From: an uncultured Eubacteriales bacterium
Lineage (GTDB): Bacteria > Bacillota > Clostridia > Christensenellales > Aristaeellaceae
Assembly: GCA_944349855.1 (NCBI GenBank)
Contig: CALVNS010000006.1
Coordinates: forward strand, 12,908-76,907
Length of the DNA stretch: 64,000 nucleotides
Reading direction: 5' to 3'
Shown piece after piece: positions 43,414-52,026 of this stretch. A program made the translations under genes and the position numbers. The notes beneath the pieces were generated by a model. The model made no database searches. It was not told the DNA's origin and saw only the letters and a program-made list of their open reading frames with translations. Position 1 is the stretch's first letter. The number at the start of each line of letters is the position of its first letter.

Positions 43414-45018
43414 TCACTCGCTGTACATGTTGATGATCTCGTCGATGGTCGGCGCCTTGGACATCTCCTCGACATATTCGCCATACTTGAGGCTGTTGAG
43501 CGTCTCAATGTAGGCGTCCCAGTCCTCCTCGACGTTCGCCTCGCCCAGGATGACGCTCATGAAGTAGGAGTTGCGGGCGGCCTCCCAGTCCTTGGAGTAC
43601 TCCATCTGGATCTCCGCGGCGTCCGTCTCGTTGAAGATGTCGGCCTTGTAGGGGTACTCGAGCATCTTATTCCAGATTCCGCCGTACTCCTCGACGTAGT
43701 ACTTCAAGCCGGTGGAGAAGAGCGGCTCGTAGGTGTACCACTCGTACGCCTTGCCGTCCTGGATGTTGCGGCAGAACACCTGCGTGCCGCGCTCGCCGTT
43801 CTGGATGTTGGTGATGCGGTTGGGCGTGCCGTCCTCGTTCCACTCCCAGTCGACGCCCTTCTCGCCGCACCAGAGCGTGGCGATGATGTCGTCGTCGCCC
43901 GGGAAGTTGCAGAAGTTGAAGAACGTCAGGATGTCGGCCAGCTTCTCGTCGTCCACGTCGGCGTTGACGTAGAAGCTCTCGCCGCGGCCGGGCAGGTAGG
44001 GCTTGGCGTGGTGCACCTGGCCGTCGGGGCCGGCGATGCCGGGGATCATGAGCAGCTCCGCCTCGGGATCGGCGTCAAAGAGCGCGAGCGGCGGGCGGTT
44101 CTTGGCCCAGCTGTTGAGCCAGATCGTGGCCACGGCATTGCCCGAGAGCACGCCGGCCTTGCCGTTGGTGATCAGCTCCCAGTCCTCACCCCACTGCAGG
44201 GTGAAGATTTCCGGATAGATCAGGCCCTCGGCGTAGAGCTCCTGCACGTAGAGCAGCAGGTCCTTCATGCCCGGGTTGGCAAACCAGTCCAGCGGCTGGC
44301 CGTCCACGTCCATGTTGCCACCGTAGAGAATGCCCTGCGAGGTGACGAGCGAGACCGCCCAGTCCTTGAGCAGGCCGAACGTGTCGTTCTCTCCGTTGCC
44401 GTCGGGGTCGTCATAGACAAAGCCGCGCAGCACGTCGATGAACACCTCACGCGACAGGCCGTTGTCGGCGATGTAGAGCTGGTCGGTCAGCTGCTCGACA
44501 TTGACGCCCAGGTCAATGCCCAGCTTCTTGATCCAGTCATAGCGCAGATACATCGCGTTGTTGTGCGTGTTGATCTGGCCGATGCAGAAGTCGGGCAGGA
44601 AGCGGAACTGGGTCGGATCCTCCGGATCCAGGCCCTGCGTGTACAGGATCGGATAGCGGTCGCACAGATCGATGTAGCCCGGGGCGTACTCGCGCACCAT
44701 CTCCACGGGGATGCTACGGATCAGCTCCTCGTCCTCCATCTGGGCGTAGGTGTGCTCAAACCAGCCGCAGTCCGGCATTTCACCGGATGCCAGCATCAGG
44801 TTCACGGCCTCCTTGTCGGTGTGGGAGACCTTGCGCACCTCGATGTTCATGTTCAGATGGTCTTCCACGAAGGTCTCGACGTAGCTGCCCGGATCCAGCG
44901 CGCCGCACCAGTAGGCATAGTAGGAAATGGTCGGACGCTCTTCTTCCGCCGAAACGCCCGTCACCATGAGCGTAAAGAGCATCATCAGGCTCAGCGCCAA
45001 TGCAATAGACCGTTTCAT
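43414..45018 (-). CDS. large extracellular solute-binding protein (CUT1, LplA-like)
   Basis: 534 aa. Signal peptide MKRSIALALSLMMLFTLMVTGVSA. GGAGG RBS. Follows two permease genes. Confidence 0.85.
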   Translation of the reverse strand: MKRSIALALSLMMLFTLMVTGVSAEEERPTISYYAYWCGALDPGSYVETFVEDHLNMNIEVRKVSHTDKEAVNLMLASGEMPDCGWFEHTYAQMEDEELIRSIPVEMVREYAPGYIDLCDRYPILYTQGLDPEDPTQFRFLPDFCIGQINTHNNAMYLRYDWIKKLGIDLGVNVEQLTDQLYIADNGLSREVFIDVLRGFVYDDPDGNGENDTFGLLKDWAVSLVTSQGILYGGNMDVDGQPLDWFANPGMKDLLLYVQELYAEGLIYPEIFTLQWGEDWELITNGKAGVLSGNAVATIWLNSWAKNRPPLALFDADPEAELLMIPGIAGPDGQVHHAKPYLPGRGESFYVNADVDDEKLADILTFFNFCNFPGDDDIIATLWCGEKGVDWEWNEDGTPNRITNIQNGERGTQVFCRNIQDGKAYEWYTYEPLFSTGLKYYVEEYGGIWNKMLEYPYKADIFNETDAAEIQMEYSKDWEAARNSYFMSVILGEANVEEDWDAYIETLNSLKYGEYVEEMSKAPTIDEIINMYSE

Positions 45019-45123
45019 AGAATTTTCTTGCCTCCTTCTTCATTATAAACCCATCAGGCGTAGGCGCCACGGAACGTTATTCCATTCCCCCTTCCCATCC
45101 GTTTTCGCCATGACTCGCCATTG

Positions 45124-46035
45124 TTACCCCTTGATCGCACCCAGCATGATGCCCTTGACGAAGTAGCGCTGCAGGAACGGATACACGCACACGATCGGCA
45201 GCAACACGATCACCGTCGTGGCGGCGATGATGGTATCCGGCGTATAGGCCGCCGCCGTCTGGTCGAACACCGCCTGCATCGTCATGGCGGCCTCGTCCTG
45301 CAGCTGCGCCGCGTTGACCGACATGCGCCGCAGCAGGTATTGCAGCGTGATCAGCTTCTCCGGCCGCGCATAGATCATGTTGTCAAACCATGCGTTCCAC
45401 TGGCCCACCATCTGCCACAGGCCGACCGTGGCCAGCACCGGCGTGGACAGCGGAATGATGATCTTGTACATCACCTGAAGCATCGACGCGCCGTCGATGG
45501 TGGCGGATTCCTCCATCGCGCGGTCGATCGAGAAGAAGTAGTTGCGGATGATGATCGTGTTGTACATGCTGAAGCCCGTCGGCAGCACATACACCCAGAA
45601 GTTGTCCAGCAGGCCCAGCTGCTTGATGTTCAGGTAGGTCGGGATCAGGCCGCCGGAGAAGAACATCGTGAAGAGGAAGATCATCGTGATCGTCTTGCGA
45701 AAGGGCATCTGCGTGCGCGTGAGCGCATAGGCCGCCAGGCAGCAGACGATCAGGTGATACACGCTGCCCAGCACCGTGCGCAGGATGGAGTTGCAAAACG
45801 CCACGCCCAGCAGCGGGTTGTTGAAGCAGTAGGCGTAGGCGTCAAAGCACCACACCTTGGGCCACAGGTTCGTGCGGATGATCGACACGTCTTCGGCCCG
45901 GGAGAAGGAGATGACGATGAGGTCCCACAGCGGGAACAGGATGGTGATGCAAAACACCACGATCAGCGAATAGTTCACCACGTCGAACAGGCGGCTGCCA
46001 AAGGAGGCCCGGATGCGCGTTCTCTTCTTGACCAT
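45124..46035 (-). CDS. carbohydrate ABC transporter permease (LplC-like)
   Basis: 303 aa, 6 TM, EAA-type loop (MEESATIDGASMLQVMYKIIIP). Confidence 0.9.
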   Translation of the reverse strand: MVKKRTRIRASFGSRLFDVVNYSLIVVFCITILFPLWDLIVISFSRAEDVSIIRTNLWPKVWCFDAYAYCFNNPLLGVAFCNSILRTVLGSVYHLIVCCLAAYALTRTQMPFRKTITMIFLFTMFFSGGLIPTYLNIKQLGLLDNFWVYVLPTGFSMYNTIIIRNYFFSIDRAMEESATIDGASMLQVMYKIIIPLSTPVLATVGLWQMVGQWNAWFDNMIYARPEKLITLQYLLRRMSVNAAQLQDEAAMTMQAVFDQTAAAYTPDTIIAATTVIVLLPIVCVYPFLQRYFVKGIMLGAIKG

Positions 46036-46048
46036 CTTCCAAGCCCCC

Positions 46049-46993
46049 TTACAGAATCCGGAAGTCCGGGTCCGCCTTCTTGGCGATCAGGTTGCCGCCG
46101 ATGACCAGCACGAACCCGACCACATTCTGGAACAGGCCAATGGCCGTGGTGTAGTCGTACTTGGCGTCCTGCAGGCCGCGGCGGTAGACGTAGGTCGAGA
46201 TGACGTCCGCCACTTCATACGTGCCCTCGTTGTACAGGTTGAAGATCGCATCAAACCCGACGTTGACCAGCGAGCCCAGCCGCAGGATCAGCAGCGTGCT
46301 GATCGTGGGCAGGATGGCCGGAATGGTGATGTGCAGCGCCTTTTGCAGCCGGCCCGCGCCGTCGATCACCGCGGATTCGTACAGGCTCGGGTCGATGCCC
46401 GCGATCGCCGCCAGGTAGATGATGATGCTCCAGCCCAGCTCCTTCCAGATGGAGGCGATCAGGTAGATGGGCGTGAACGCCTCCTTCTGGATCATGAAAT
46501 AAATGGGCTTTTCCAGAATGCCCAGGCGGATGAGCATCGCGTTGACGAAGCCATGGCTCGGGGAGAGGATCTGATAGACGAACCCGCCGACCACGACCCA
46601 GGAGAGGAAGTGCGGCAGATAGGTGATCGTCTGCGTCACCCGCTTGAACTTGGCGTTATTGACCTCGTTCATCATGAGCGCGAACACGATGGTGATGGGG
46701 AAGATCGTCACCATGTTCAGGATGCTCAGGCGAAGCGTGTTGAACAGCACGCGGTAGAACGTGGGGTCGCTGAACATCTTTTCAAAGTGTTCCAGCCCGA
46801 CCCATTCGCTGCCCAGAATGCCGCGGCGCATCTTGAAGTCCTTGAACGCGATTTGGATGCCGTATATCGGGAAGTAATTGAATACGATCACCTGGATGAG
46901 CGGAAGGAGCAAAAACACGTAGAACGGCAGATGTTTCCGGCACTGCCGCAGCATCCGTTCCCTCCCCGCTTTTCTTTGCGCCACAGTATTCAC
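46049..46993 (-). CDS. carbohydrate ABC transporter permease (LplB-like)
   Basis: 314 aa, 6 TM, EAA loop (YESAVIDGAGRLQKALHITIP). GTG 46993 follows AAGGAG; alternative ATG at 46954. Confidence 0.85.
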   Translation of the reverse strand: MNTVAQRKAGRERMLRQCRKHLPFYVFLLLPLIQVIVFNYFPIYGIQIAFKDFKMRRGILGSEWVGLEHFEKMFSDPTFYRVLFNTLRLSILNMVTIFPITIVFALMMNEVNNAKFKRVTQTITYLPHFLSWVVVGGFVYQILSPSHGFVNAMLIRLGILEKPIYFMIQKEAFTPIYLIASIWKELGWSIIIYLAAIAGIDPSLYESAVIDGAGRLQKALHITIPAILPTISTLLILRLGSLVNVGFDAIFNLYNEGTYEVADVISTYVYRRGLQDAKYDYTTAIGLFQNVVGFVLVIGGNLIAKKADPDFRIL

Positions 46994-47037
46994 GTTGCGA
47001 TTCTCCTTTCATGCCCGCGGCCGTCGTCCCGATCCCG

Positions 47038-47976
47038 TCATCGCCAGACAAATGCCGAGGCGGGTGCAAACTCTTCGATGGAGCGTTTGATGTCGGCCGT
47101 GCACTTGTCGACCGTCGCCCGGTCCTGCTCCGTCACATGCGCCAGCGGCAAGCGCGCCTGGCCCACGCACACGCCCCGTGCCTTGAGCACCTCCTTGATG
47201 ACCGCATACATGTTGCCGTGGCACGAGCACAGGCCCGCAATCAACTCGTTGAGCCGCATCTGCAGCTTGAGCGCCTGGGCCAGATCGCCCGCCCGGATGA
47301 GTTCCTCCAGCCTGACGTACAGTTCGGGCATGACGCCGTACGTGCCGCCGATGCCGCCCTCGGCGCCCATCACGCGCCCGCCCAGGTACTGTTCATCCGG
47401 TCCGTTGAAGACGATGAAGTCCTCGCCGCCGATCATCTTCCAGTTCTGGATGTCCAGCACAGGCATCGACGAATTTTTGACGCCCACCACGTTCGGGTTT
47501 TTGAGCATCTCACGCAGCAGCGAGGGGGTGAGCGCCACGCCCGCCAACTGTGGGATGTTGTAGATGATGAATTCCACGCCCGGCGCAGCCCCTGAGATCG
47601 CGTTCCAATACTGCGCGATCGCATACTCTGGCAGTTTAAAGTAGATCGGCGGGATGGCTGCGATTGCGTCCACACCCATCTCGCGCGCGTGCGCCGCCAG
47701 ACGCCTGCTGTCCTCGATGGAATTGGCCGCCACATGTGCGATCACCGTGATCTTGCCGCCGGCAACCTCCATGACGCTCTCCAGGATGCGCATGCGCTCC
47801 TCCGGGCACTGGTAGATGCACTCGCCGGAGGAACCGCCGACGTAGACGCCCTTCACGCCCTTGTCCATCAGGAACCGGGTCAGGTTTCGGGTGCGCTCCG
47901 GGCTCACGCTGCCGTCATCCTCGTAGCACGCGTAAAACGCCGGTATGATTCCCATGTACTTGCGCTTGTCCTTCAT
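47038..47976 (-). CDS. nanA: N-acetylneuraminate lyase (DapA/NanA family class I aldolase)
   Basis: GVYVGGSSGE, IIYNIPQLAG (Tyr), VVGVKNS (Schiff-base Lys). Context with nanE/nanK. Confidence 0.8.
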   Translation of the reverse strand: MKDKRKYMGIIPAFYACYEDDGSVSPERTRNLTRFLMDKGVKGVYVGGSSGECIYQCPEERMRILESVMEVAGGKITVIAHVAANSIEDSRRLAAHAREMGVDAIAAIPPIYFKLPEYAIAQYWNAISGAAPGVEFIIYNIPQLAGVALTPSLLREMLKNPNVVGVKNSSMPVLDIQNWKMIGGEDFIVFNGPDEQYLGGRVMGAEGGIGGTYGVMPELYVRLEELIRAGDLAQALKLQMRLNELIAGLCSCHGNMYAVIKEVLKARGVCVGQARLPLAHVTEQDRATVDKCTADIKRSIEEFAPASAFVWR

Positions 47977-48006
47977 GCTTCATCCCTCCGTCGTCTTGTT
48001 GCACGT

Positions 48007-49050
48007 TCACAGGCCGCCGATATCCTCTCTGCGCAGCGCCGTTGCAATGATGTGGCACTTGGGCTGATCGCCGCGGATGTAGTCGACGATGTAGATCTCC
48101 CCATCCCGGAACTGCACCCAGCCCGTATAGCCCAGGTCCGCCTCGCTGCTGGGGTCATAGTGCAGCGGCATGATGCGCACCTGTTGTTCGCTGCGCTTGG
48201 CGCTGCACACGGTCTGCCGGTCCGTAACCGCCAGGAAGGTGTTCTGCGTCCAATTGCCCAGCCAGCCCCTTTGCGTCCCCTGGCGGTATCGGTAGGTGAT
48301 CAGGATCTCGCCCGTATCCAGAAAGCCGGCCACAGGCCGGTGACAGCCCGCCAGCGGAACGGTGTACAGCTCGCCCCACGTCTGCCCGCCGTCCTGGGAC
48401 ATGCAGGCCATGCATTCATACCCCATCGAAGAGTTCTCGCGCATGAAGCATACCAGGCGGTTGGGCTCCACCTCCAGGATGGAGGCCTCGCACAGGTTGT
48501 AGCGCGCATCGCGCGCCACGGTCACCGGTCCATTCCAATGCGCCCCCGCATCGTCCGAATAGTACAGCCGCTGCTGCAGGTTGGCAAAGCCGTCCACGCC
48601 TTTCAGATGGCAGGCGACGATCCAGCGTCCGGAGCGCAGCTCGAGCAGTTTATCTGGCACGATGCCCTGTAAATGCAGATTGACCGGCCCCTCGAAATGC
48701 ATGCCCTCCGGGTCGCCCATCCACAGGTGGACCTCCGCCTGCGTCTCGTCGCGCTTGGATGCCCTGTCGCAGACCACCGCGATGCGCCCGTCGCGCAACC
48801 GCGTGGCGCGCGGGCAATTCCAATACACGGAGCCATCGGAGCGGATGGGCTCGCTCAGCGCGATCTTATCCGACCAGGTGCGCCCGTGGTCGTCGCTGGT
48901 CACGTAGACGATGCGCGAATACGACCGGTCGCCGTGATGCGCGCACTCGCAAAAGAAGCACAGCAGCCGCTCCGATTCCGTGGCCACCAGATCCGGCCAC
49001 GCCTCGTATACCTTGGGATCGCAGCTCACGTCAAACCGCTGAATGGACAT
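48007..49050 (-). CDS. BNR/Asp-box repeat sialidase-like beta-propeller protein, no signal peptide
   Basis: Three Asp-boxes: SDDHGRTW, SDDAGAHW, SQDGGQTW. Start set at ATG 49050 (AAGGGG 9 nt upstream); the ORF opens at 49077. Overlaps the nanE 3' end by at least 20 nt. Confidence 0.7.
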   Translation of the reverse strand: MSIQRFDVSCDPKVYEAWPDLVATESERLLCFFCECAHHGDRSYSRIVYVTSDDHGRTWSDKIALSEPIRSDGSVYWNCPRATRLRDGRIAVVCDRASKRDETQAEVHLWMGDPEGMHFEGPVNLHLQGIVPDKLLELRSGRWIVACHLKGVDGFANLQQRLYYSDDAGAHWNGPVTVARDARYNLCEASILEVEPNRLVCFMRENSSMGYECMACMSQDGGQTWGELYTVPLAGCHRPVAGFLDTGEILITYRYRQGTQRGWLGNWTQNTFLAVTDRQTVCSAKRSEQQVRIMPLHYDPSSEADLGYTGWVQFRDGEIYIVDYIRGDQPKCHIIATALRREDIGGL

Positions 49051-49780
49051 CGGCATATACCCCTTCGCGTCTTTCATGGGTGAGCGCGTCGACGAAGCGG
49101 CGTGTGATTTCTCGCGGACGCGTGATGGCCGTTCCCACCACGCAGGCGAATACGCCCTGCTCCATCGCCCTGCGCAGGTCCTCCGGGCTCCAGATGCCGC
49201 CTTCGCCGATCACAGGCACCGTCAACGCCTGTGCCAGCGCCCGCATCAGCCGGAAATTGGGCAACGCTTCGTGCGCCGTGTCTGCGGTATAGCCCGAGAG
49301 CGTCGTGCTCACCAGATCAAAGCCCATTCGCTGCGCGGCCACGCCCTCTTCGAACGTAGCGACGTCCGCCATGAACAGCTGATCGGGGTACTGCTTACGC
49401 GCCTGCGCAAACAGCGCCTGGATCGTCAGGCCGCCCGTGTGGGGGCGGTTCGTCGCATCCATCGCAATGATGTCGCACCCGACCTCGTGCAGGTCGTCCA
49501 CCTCGCGCATCGTCGGCGTGATATACACACGGCTGTCCGCAAACACGCGCTTGGTCAGCCCGATGATGGGCAGGCTGACCTCACGCCTGATGGCCGCAAT
49601 GTCCTGCGGCGTATTCGCGCGGATGCCGCACGCACCGCCCAGCATCGCCGCATATGCCATACGCCCCATGATCAACGAGCCGTGCAGGGGTTCATCTTCC
49701 AGCGCTTGACAGGAAACGATCAGCCCTCCGCGCAGCCGAGAGAGCACTTCTCGCCTTTTGGCCATATCGCTCATTTTCAT
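49031..49780 (-). CDS. nanE: N-acetylmannosamine-6-phosphate 2-epimerase
   Basis: LIVSCQALEDEPLHG, IIGLTKRVFADSRVYITPTMREVDDL, IIAMDATNRP. Start ambiguous (49765-49798). Confidence 0.9.
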   Translation of the reverse strand: MKMSDMAKRREVLSRLRGGLIVSCQALEDEPLHGSLIMGRMAYAAMLGGACGIRANTPQDIAAIRREVSLPIIGLTKRVFADSRVYITPTMREVDDLHEVGCDIIAMDATNRPHTGGLTIQALFAQARKQYPDQLFMADVATFEEGVAAQRMGFDLVSTTLSGYTADTAHEALPNFRLMRALAQALTVPVIGEGGIWSPEDLRRAMEQGVFACVVGTAITRPREITRRFVDALTHERREGVYADVHSAV

Positions 49781-49897
49781 CACGCCTTTCCCCTTCATTA
49801 TATCAAAAAAAATTTCTTTTTCAAGGCCTTAGAAAAAATATTTTCTTCATTTTTTAAAAAAGAGATCCCATTTTTTTGAAAGAAGTTCCCATGCCGA

Positions 49898-49932
49898 TCA
49901 AAAAGCCACCCTGCTGGCATGCGTGGTGGCTT
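49898..49932 (-). terminator. rho-independent terminator after the rpiR-family gene
   Basis: 8-bp stem AAGCCACC / GGTGGCTT (49903-49910 / 49925-49932), followed by TTTTGAT on the minus strand. Confidence 0.7.
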
Positions 49933-49967
49933 CAAAGCGCCTGTCGAACAGGTCGCCGCAGAACGCA

Positions 49968-50828
49968 TCAGTACAATTTGTTGGAGATCGCCTCAGCGGT
50001 CGCCGCCTTTTGTTTGGCCGAAACGTCGTAGGTACGCTTGAAATACTCGGTGTAGAGCAGATCCAGCAGCAGGAACTGCGACATCTTCACCGACATCGAA
50101 CCGCCCTGCATGGGGCCCTCGTTCGCGCCGCAAAGGAGCCGCAGATCGCACAGCGCCGCAAGCGGAGAGCGCGTAAAGCGCGTAATCCCGATGATCTTTG
50201 CGCCGCCCGAGCGCGCCTTCGTCACCACGTCAAGCGTGTCCTTGGTCGCGCCTGAGTAGGAAAAGGCAATGGCCAGATCCTCCTTGTCCATCAGCGCGGC
50301 GCTCATCGCCTGCAGATGCAGGTCAATCGTCATATGCACCTTGCTGGTGATGCGCATGAAACGGCTCTGCGCCTCCAGCGCCGCAACCATTGAACCGCCC
50401 ACGCCGAAAAAGTAGATGTTCTTTGCCTGAATCATCCATTCCACGGCCGTATTGATATCCTCCAGGCGAAGCAGCCGGTACGTCTCGTGCAACGCGCTTA
50501 CGTTGGTGGCGAGCACCTTTTTCACGACGTCCTCCAGCGAATCCTTCGGCCCCACCACCCCGGCCATCTGCGTGCCCTCCAGGTCTTCCCGTCCGGACGC
50601 CAGCGTTCCCGCGAGCGCCATCTTGAAATCCTGATAGCCCTTTCTGTCCAGGTCGCGGCAAAAGCGAAATACGCTCGTATCCCCCACGCCGCAAGAGTCC
50701 GCCAGATCCGTAATGGACATGTACAGCACCTGCTCCGGCTTTTGCAGCACAAAGTCGGCCACGCGCTTTTCCGCCTTGGTGAACTGATTGTAGCACGTAC
50801 GAATTTTGGCAAAAATGTCGTCCGTCAT
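49968..50828 (-). CDS. MurR/RpiR family transcriptional regulator (HTH + SIS domain)
   Basis: FTKAEKRVADFVL...SITDLADSCGVGDTSVFRFCR HTH, then a SIS domain (IYFFGVGGS). Confidence 0.9.
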   Translation of the reverse strand: MTDDIFAKIRTCYNQFTKAEKRVADFVLQKPEQVLYMSITDLADSCGVGDTSVFRFCRDLDRKGYQDFKMALAGTLASGREDLEGTQMAGVVGPKDSLEDVVKKVLATNVSALHETYRLLRLEDINTAVEWMIQAKNIYFFGVGGSMVAALEAQSRFMRITSKVHMTIDLHLQAMSAALMDKEDLAIAFSYSGATKDTLDVVTKARSGGAKIIGITRFTRSPLAALCDLRLLCGANEGPMQGGSMSVKMSQFLLLDLLYTEYFKRTYDVSAKQKAATAEAISNKLY

Positions 50829-51718
50829 TTTGTCTCCTCCAACGCGCGTCGCGCGAGCGCATACGCGCCGAAAATGCCCGCTTGATTGCCCAGCTGCGCG
50901 CCCTCCAGGCGCACGCCGCGATAGCTTTGCATCAGGCGCGGATACAGCTGGTCGCGCACCGCTTGAACCAGAACGCGCTGGCGCATCACCCCGCCGCCCA
51001 GGATGATCAGGCCCGGATTCAATGTGTGCGTCAGGCTCACCAGGCCATATGTCACCTCCAGCACCCAGGCCGCGACAATCGCCTGCAAGTCCTGCCGCTC
51101 ACCGATTTGCGCAAACAGCGCCTTTCCGTCCGCCAGGCCCGGCTCCACCTCACGCGCACGGCGCATCAGCGCGCTGGTGGAAGCGTATTGCTCATAGCAG
51201 CCCCGCTGCCCACAGGCGCACGGCAACCCTTCCGGATGGGTCAGGATGTGTCCCATCTCGCCCGCAACGCCATCCGCACCGCCGTAGATGCGCCCGTCGA
51301 TCACGATGGCGCCACCCACCCCCGTGCCATACGTCAGGCACAGAAAGTCGCGCTCGCCCACGCCCGCGCCAAAGTTGGCCTCGCCCAGCGCAGCGGCGTT
51401 CACGTCATTTTCCACCACGACCGGCACGTGCGCGTGCGCCTCCAGAATGCGCGATACCTGCATGCCGCTGTAACCCGGCACGTTCTCGTTGGCGAAGATG
51501 ATGCGCCCATTGCGCGCGTCAACCTGGCCCGTGGTCGAGATGCCGATGGCGTCATATCCGGCATACTCGTCAATCACGGCCTTGGCGCACTCCATCAGGT
51601 GCATGCCCCCCCGCTTTCCCTCTGAGGGCGTCTCCATTTCCCGCAAAACATGTCCAAATCCGTCCAGCAAGGCCGACTTGATGGCCGTTCCGCCGATGTC
51701 CAGCGCCAGTATCCGCAT
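50825..51718 (-). CDS. nanK: ROK family sugar kinase, probable N-acetylmannosamine kinase
   Basis: MRILALDIGGTAIK, ROK Zn motif CACGQRGCYEQY, no N-terminal HTH. The gene symbol rests on operon context only. Confidence 0.7.
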   Translation of the reverse strand: MRILALDIGGTAIKSALLDGFGHVLREMETPSEGKRGGMHLMECAKAVIDEYAGYDAIGISTTGQVDARNGRIIFANENVPGYSGMQVSRILEAHAHVPVVVENDVNAAALGEANFGAGVGERDFLCLTYGTGVGGAIVIDGRIYGGADGVAGEMGHILTHPEGLPCACGQRGCYEQYASTSALMRRAREVEPGLADGKALFAQIGERQDLQAIVAAWVLEVTYGLVSLTHTLNPGLIILGGGVMRQRVLVQAVRDQLYPRLMQSYRGVRLEGAQLGNQAGIFGAYALARRALEETK

Positions 51719-51733
51719 GTATCATTCCCCCAA

Positions 51734-51745
51734 TTTACAGGACAA
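51734..51745. repeat. 12-nt direct repeat copy 1 (TTTACAGGACAA)
   Basis: Identical 12-mer recurs at 51841-51852. This copy lies between the nanK -10 element and its RBS. Confidence 0.9.
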
Positions 51746-51752
51746 CATTTTT

Positions 51753-51781
51753 ATTATAACGGTTTTCCCCCGGTTGAGCAA
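51753..51781 (-). promoter_or_regulatory. sigma-A-type promoter of nanK-rpiR
   Basis: Minus strand: TTGCTC (51776-51781), 17-nt spacer, TATAAT (51753-51758), 35 nt upstream of ATG 51718. Confidence 0.55.
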
Positions 51782-51840
51782 GAAAAAACTTTTCCAAAAC
51801 GCAATGGATGGCCCAACCTCTATTGCCGCAACAGCCCGCC

Positions 51841-51852
51841 TTTACAGGACAA
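51841..51852. repeat. 12-nt direct repeat copy 2 (TTTACAGGACAA)
   Basis: Exact copy, 107 nt from copy 1, upstream of the -35 element. Confidence 0.9.
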
Positions 51853-51947
51853 AACTGGAAGTGCAAACAACCCCTTGGGCGACGGACACGCAAGCCTGGA
51901 GGATGAGCTCCATGTCCGTCGTAAGCGGGAATGCATTTCTGCGCATT

Positions 51948-51987
51948 GAAGAACGACGCCCCTGCAGCCATACGGCATACAGGGGCG
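51948..51987 (-). terminator. probable terminator after the PepSY gene
   Basis: 8-bp stem CGCCCCTG / CAGGGGCG (51957-51964 / 51980-51987), 15-nt loop, followed by TCGTTCTTC on the minus strand. Confidence 0.5.
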
Positions 51988-52026
51988 CCATCCTTTGACA
52001 TCATGCTGTCAGTGCATAGTCGGCGG

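Noticed and set aside
49850-49861. T6A6 perfect palindrome (TTTTTTAAAAAA) in the nanE upstream region as a possible operator
   Set aside because: It is a low-complexity A/T tract inside a generally AT-rich promoter region, so palindromy is expected by composition. No second copy or flanking specific sequence was seen.
51735-52004. 89-aa minus-strand ORF filling the PepSY-nanK intergenic region
   Set aside because: It has no RBS, its composition is Cys/Gly/Pro/Arg-rich, and it spans a terminator and a promoter. The region is better explained as regulatory DNA.
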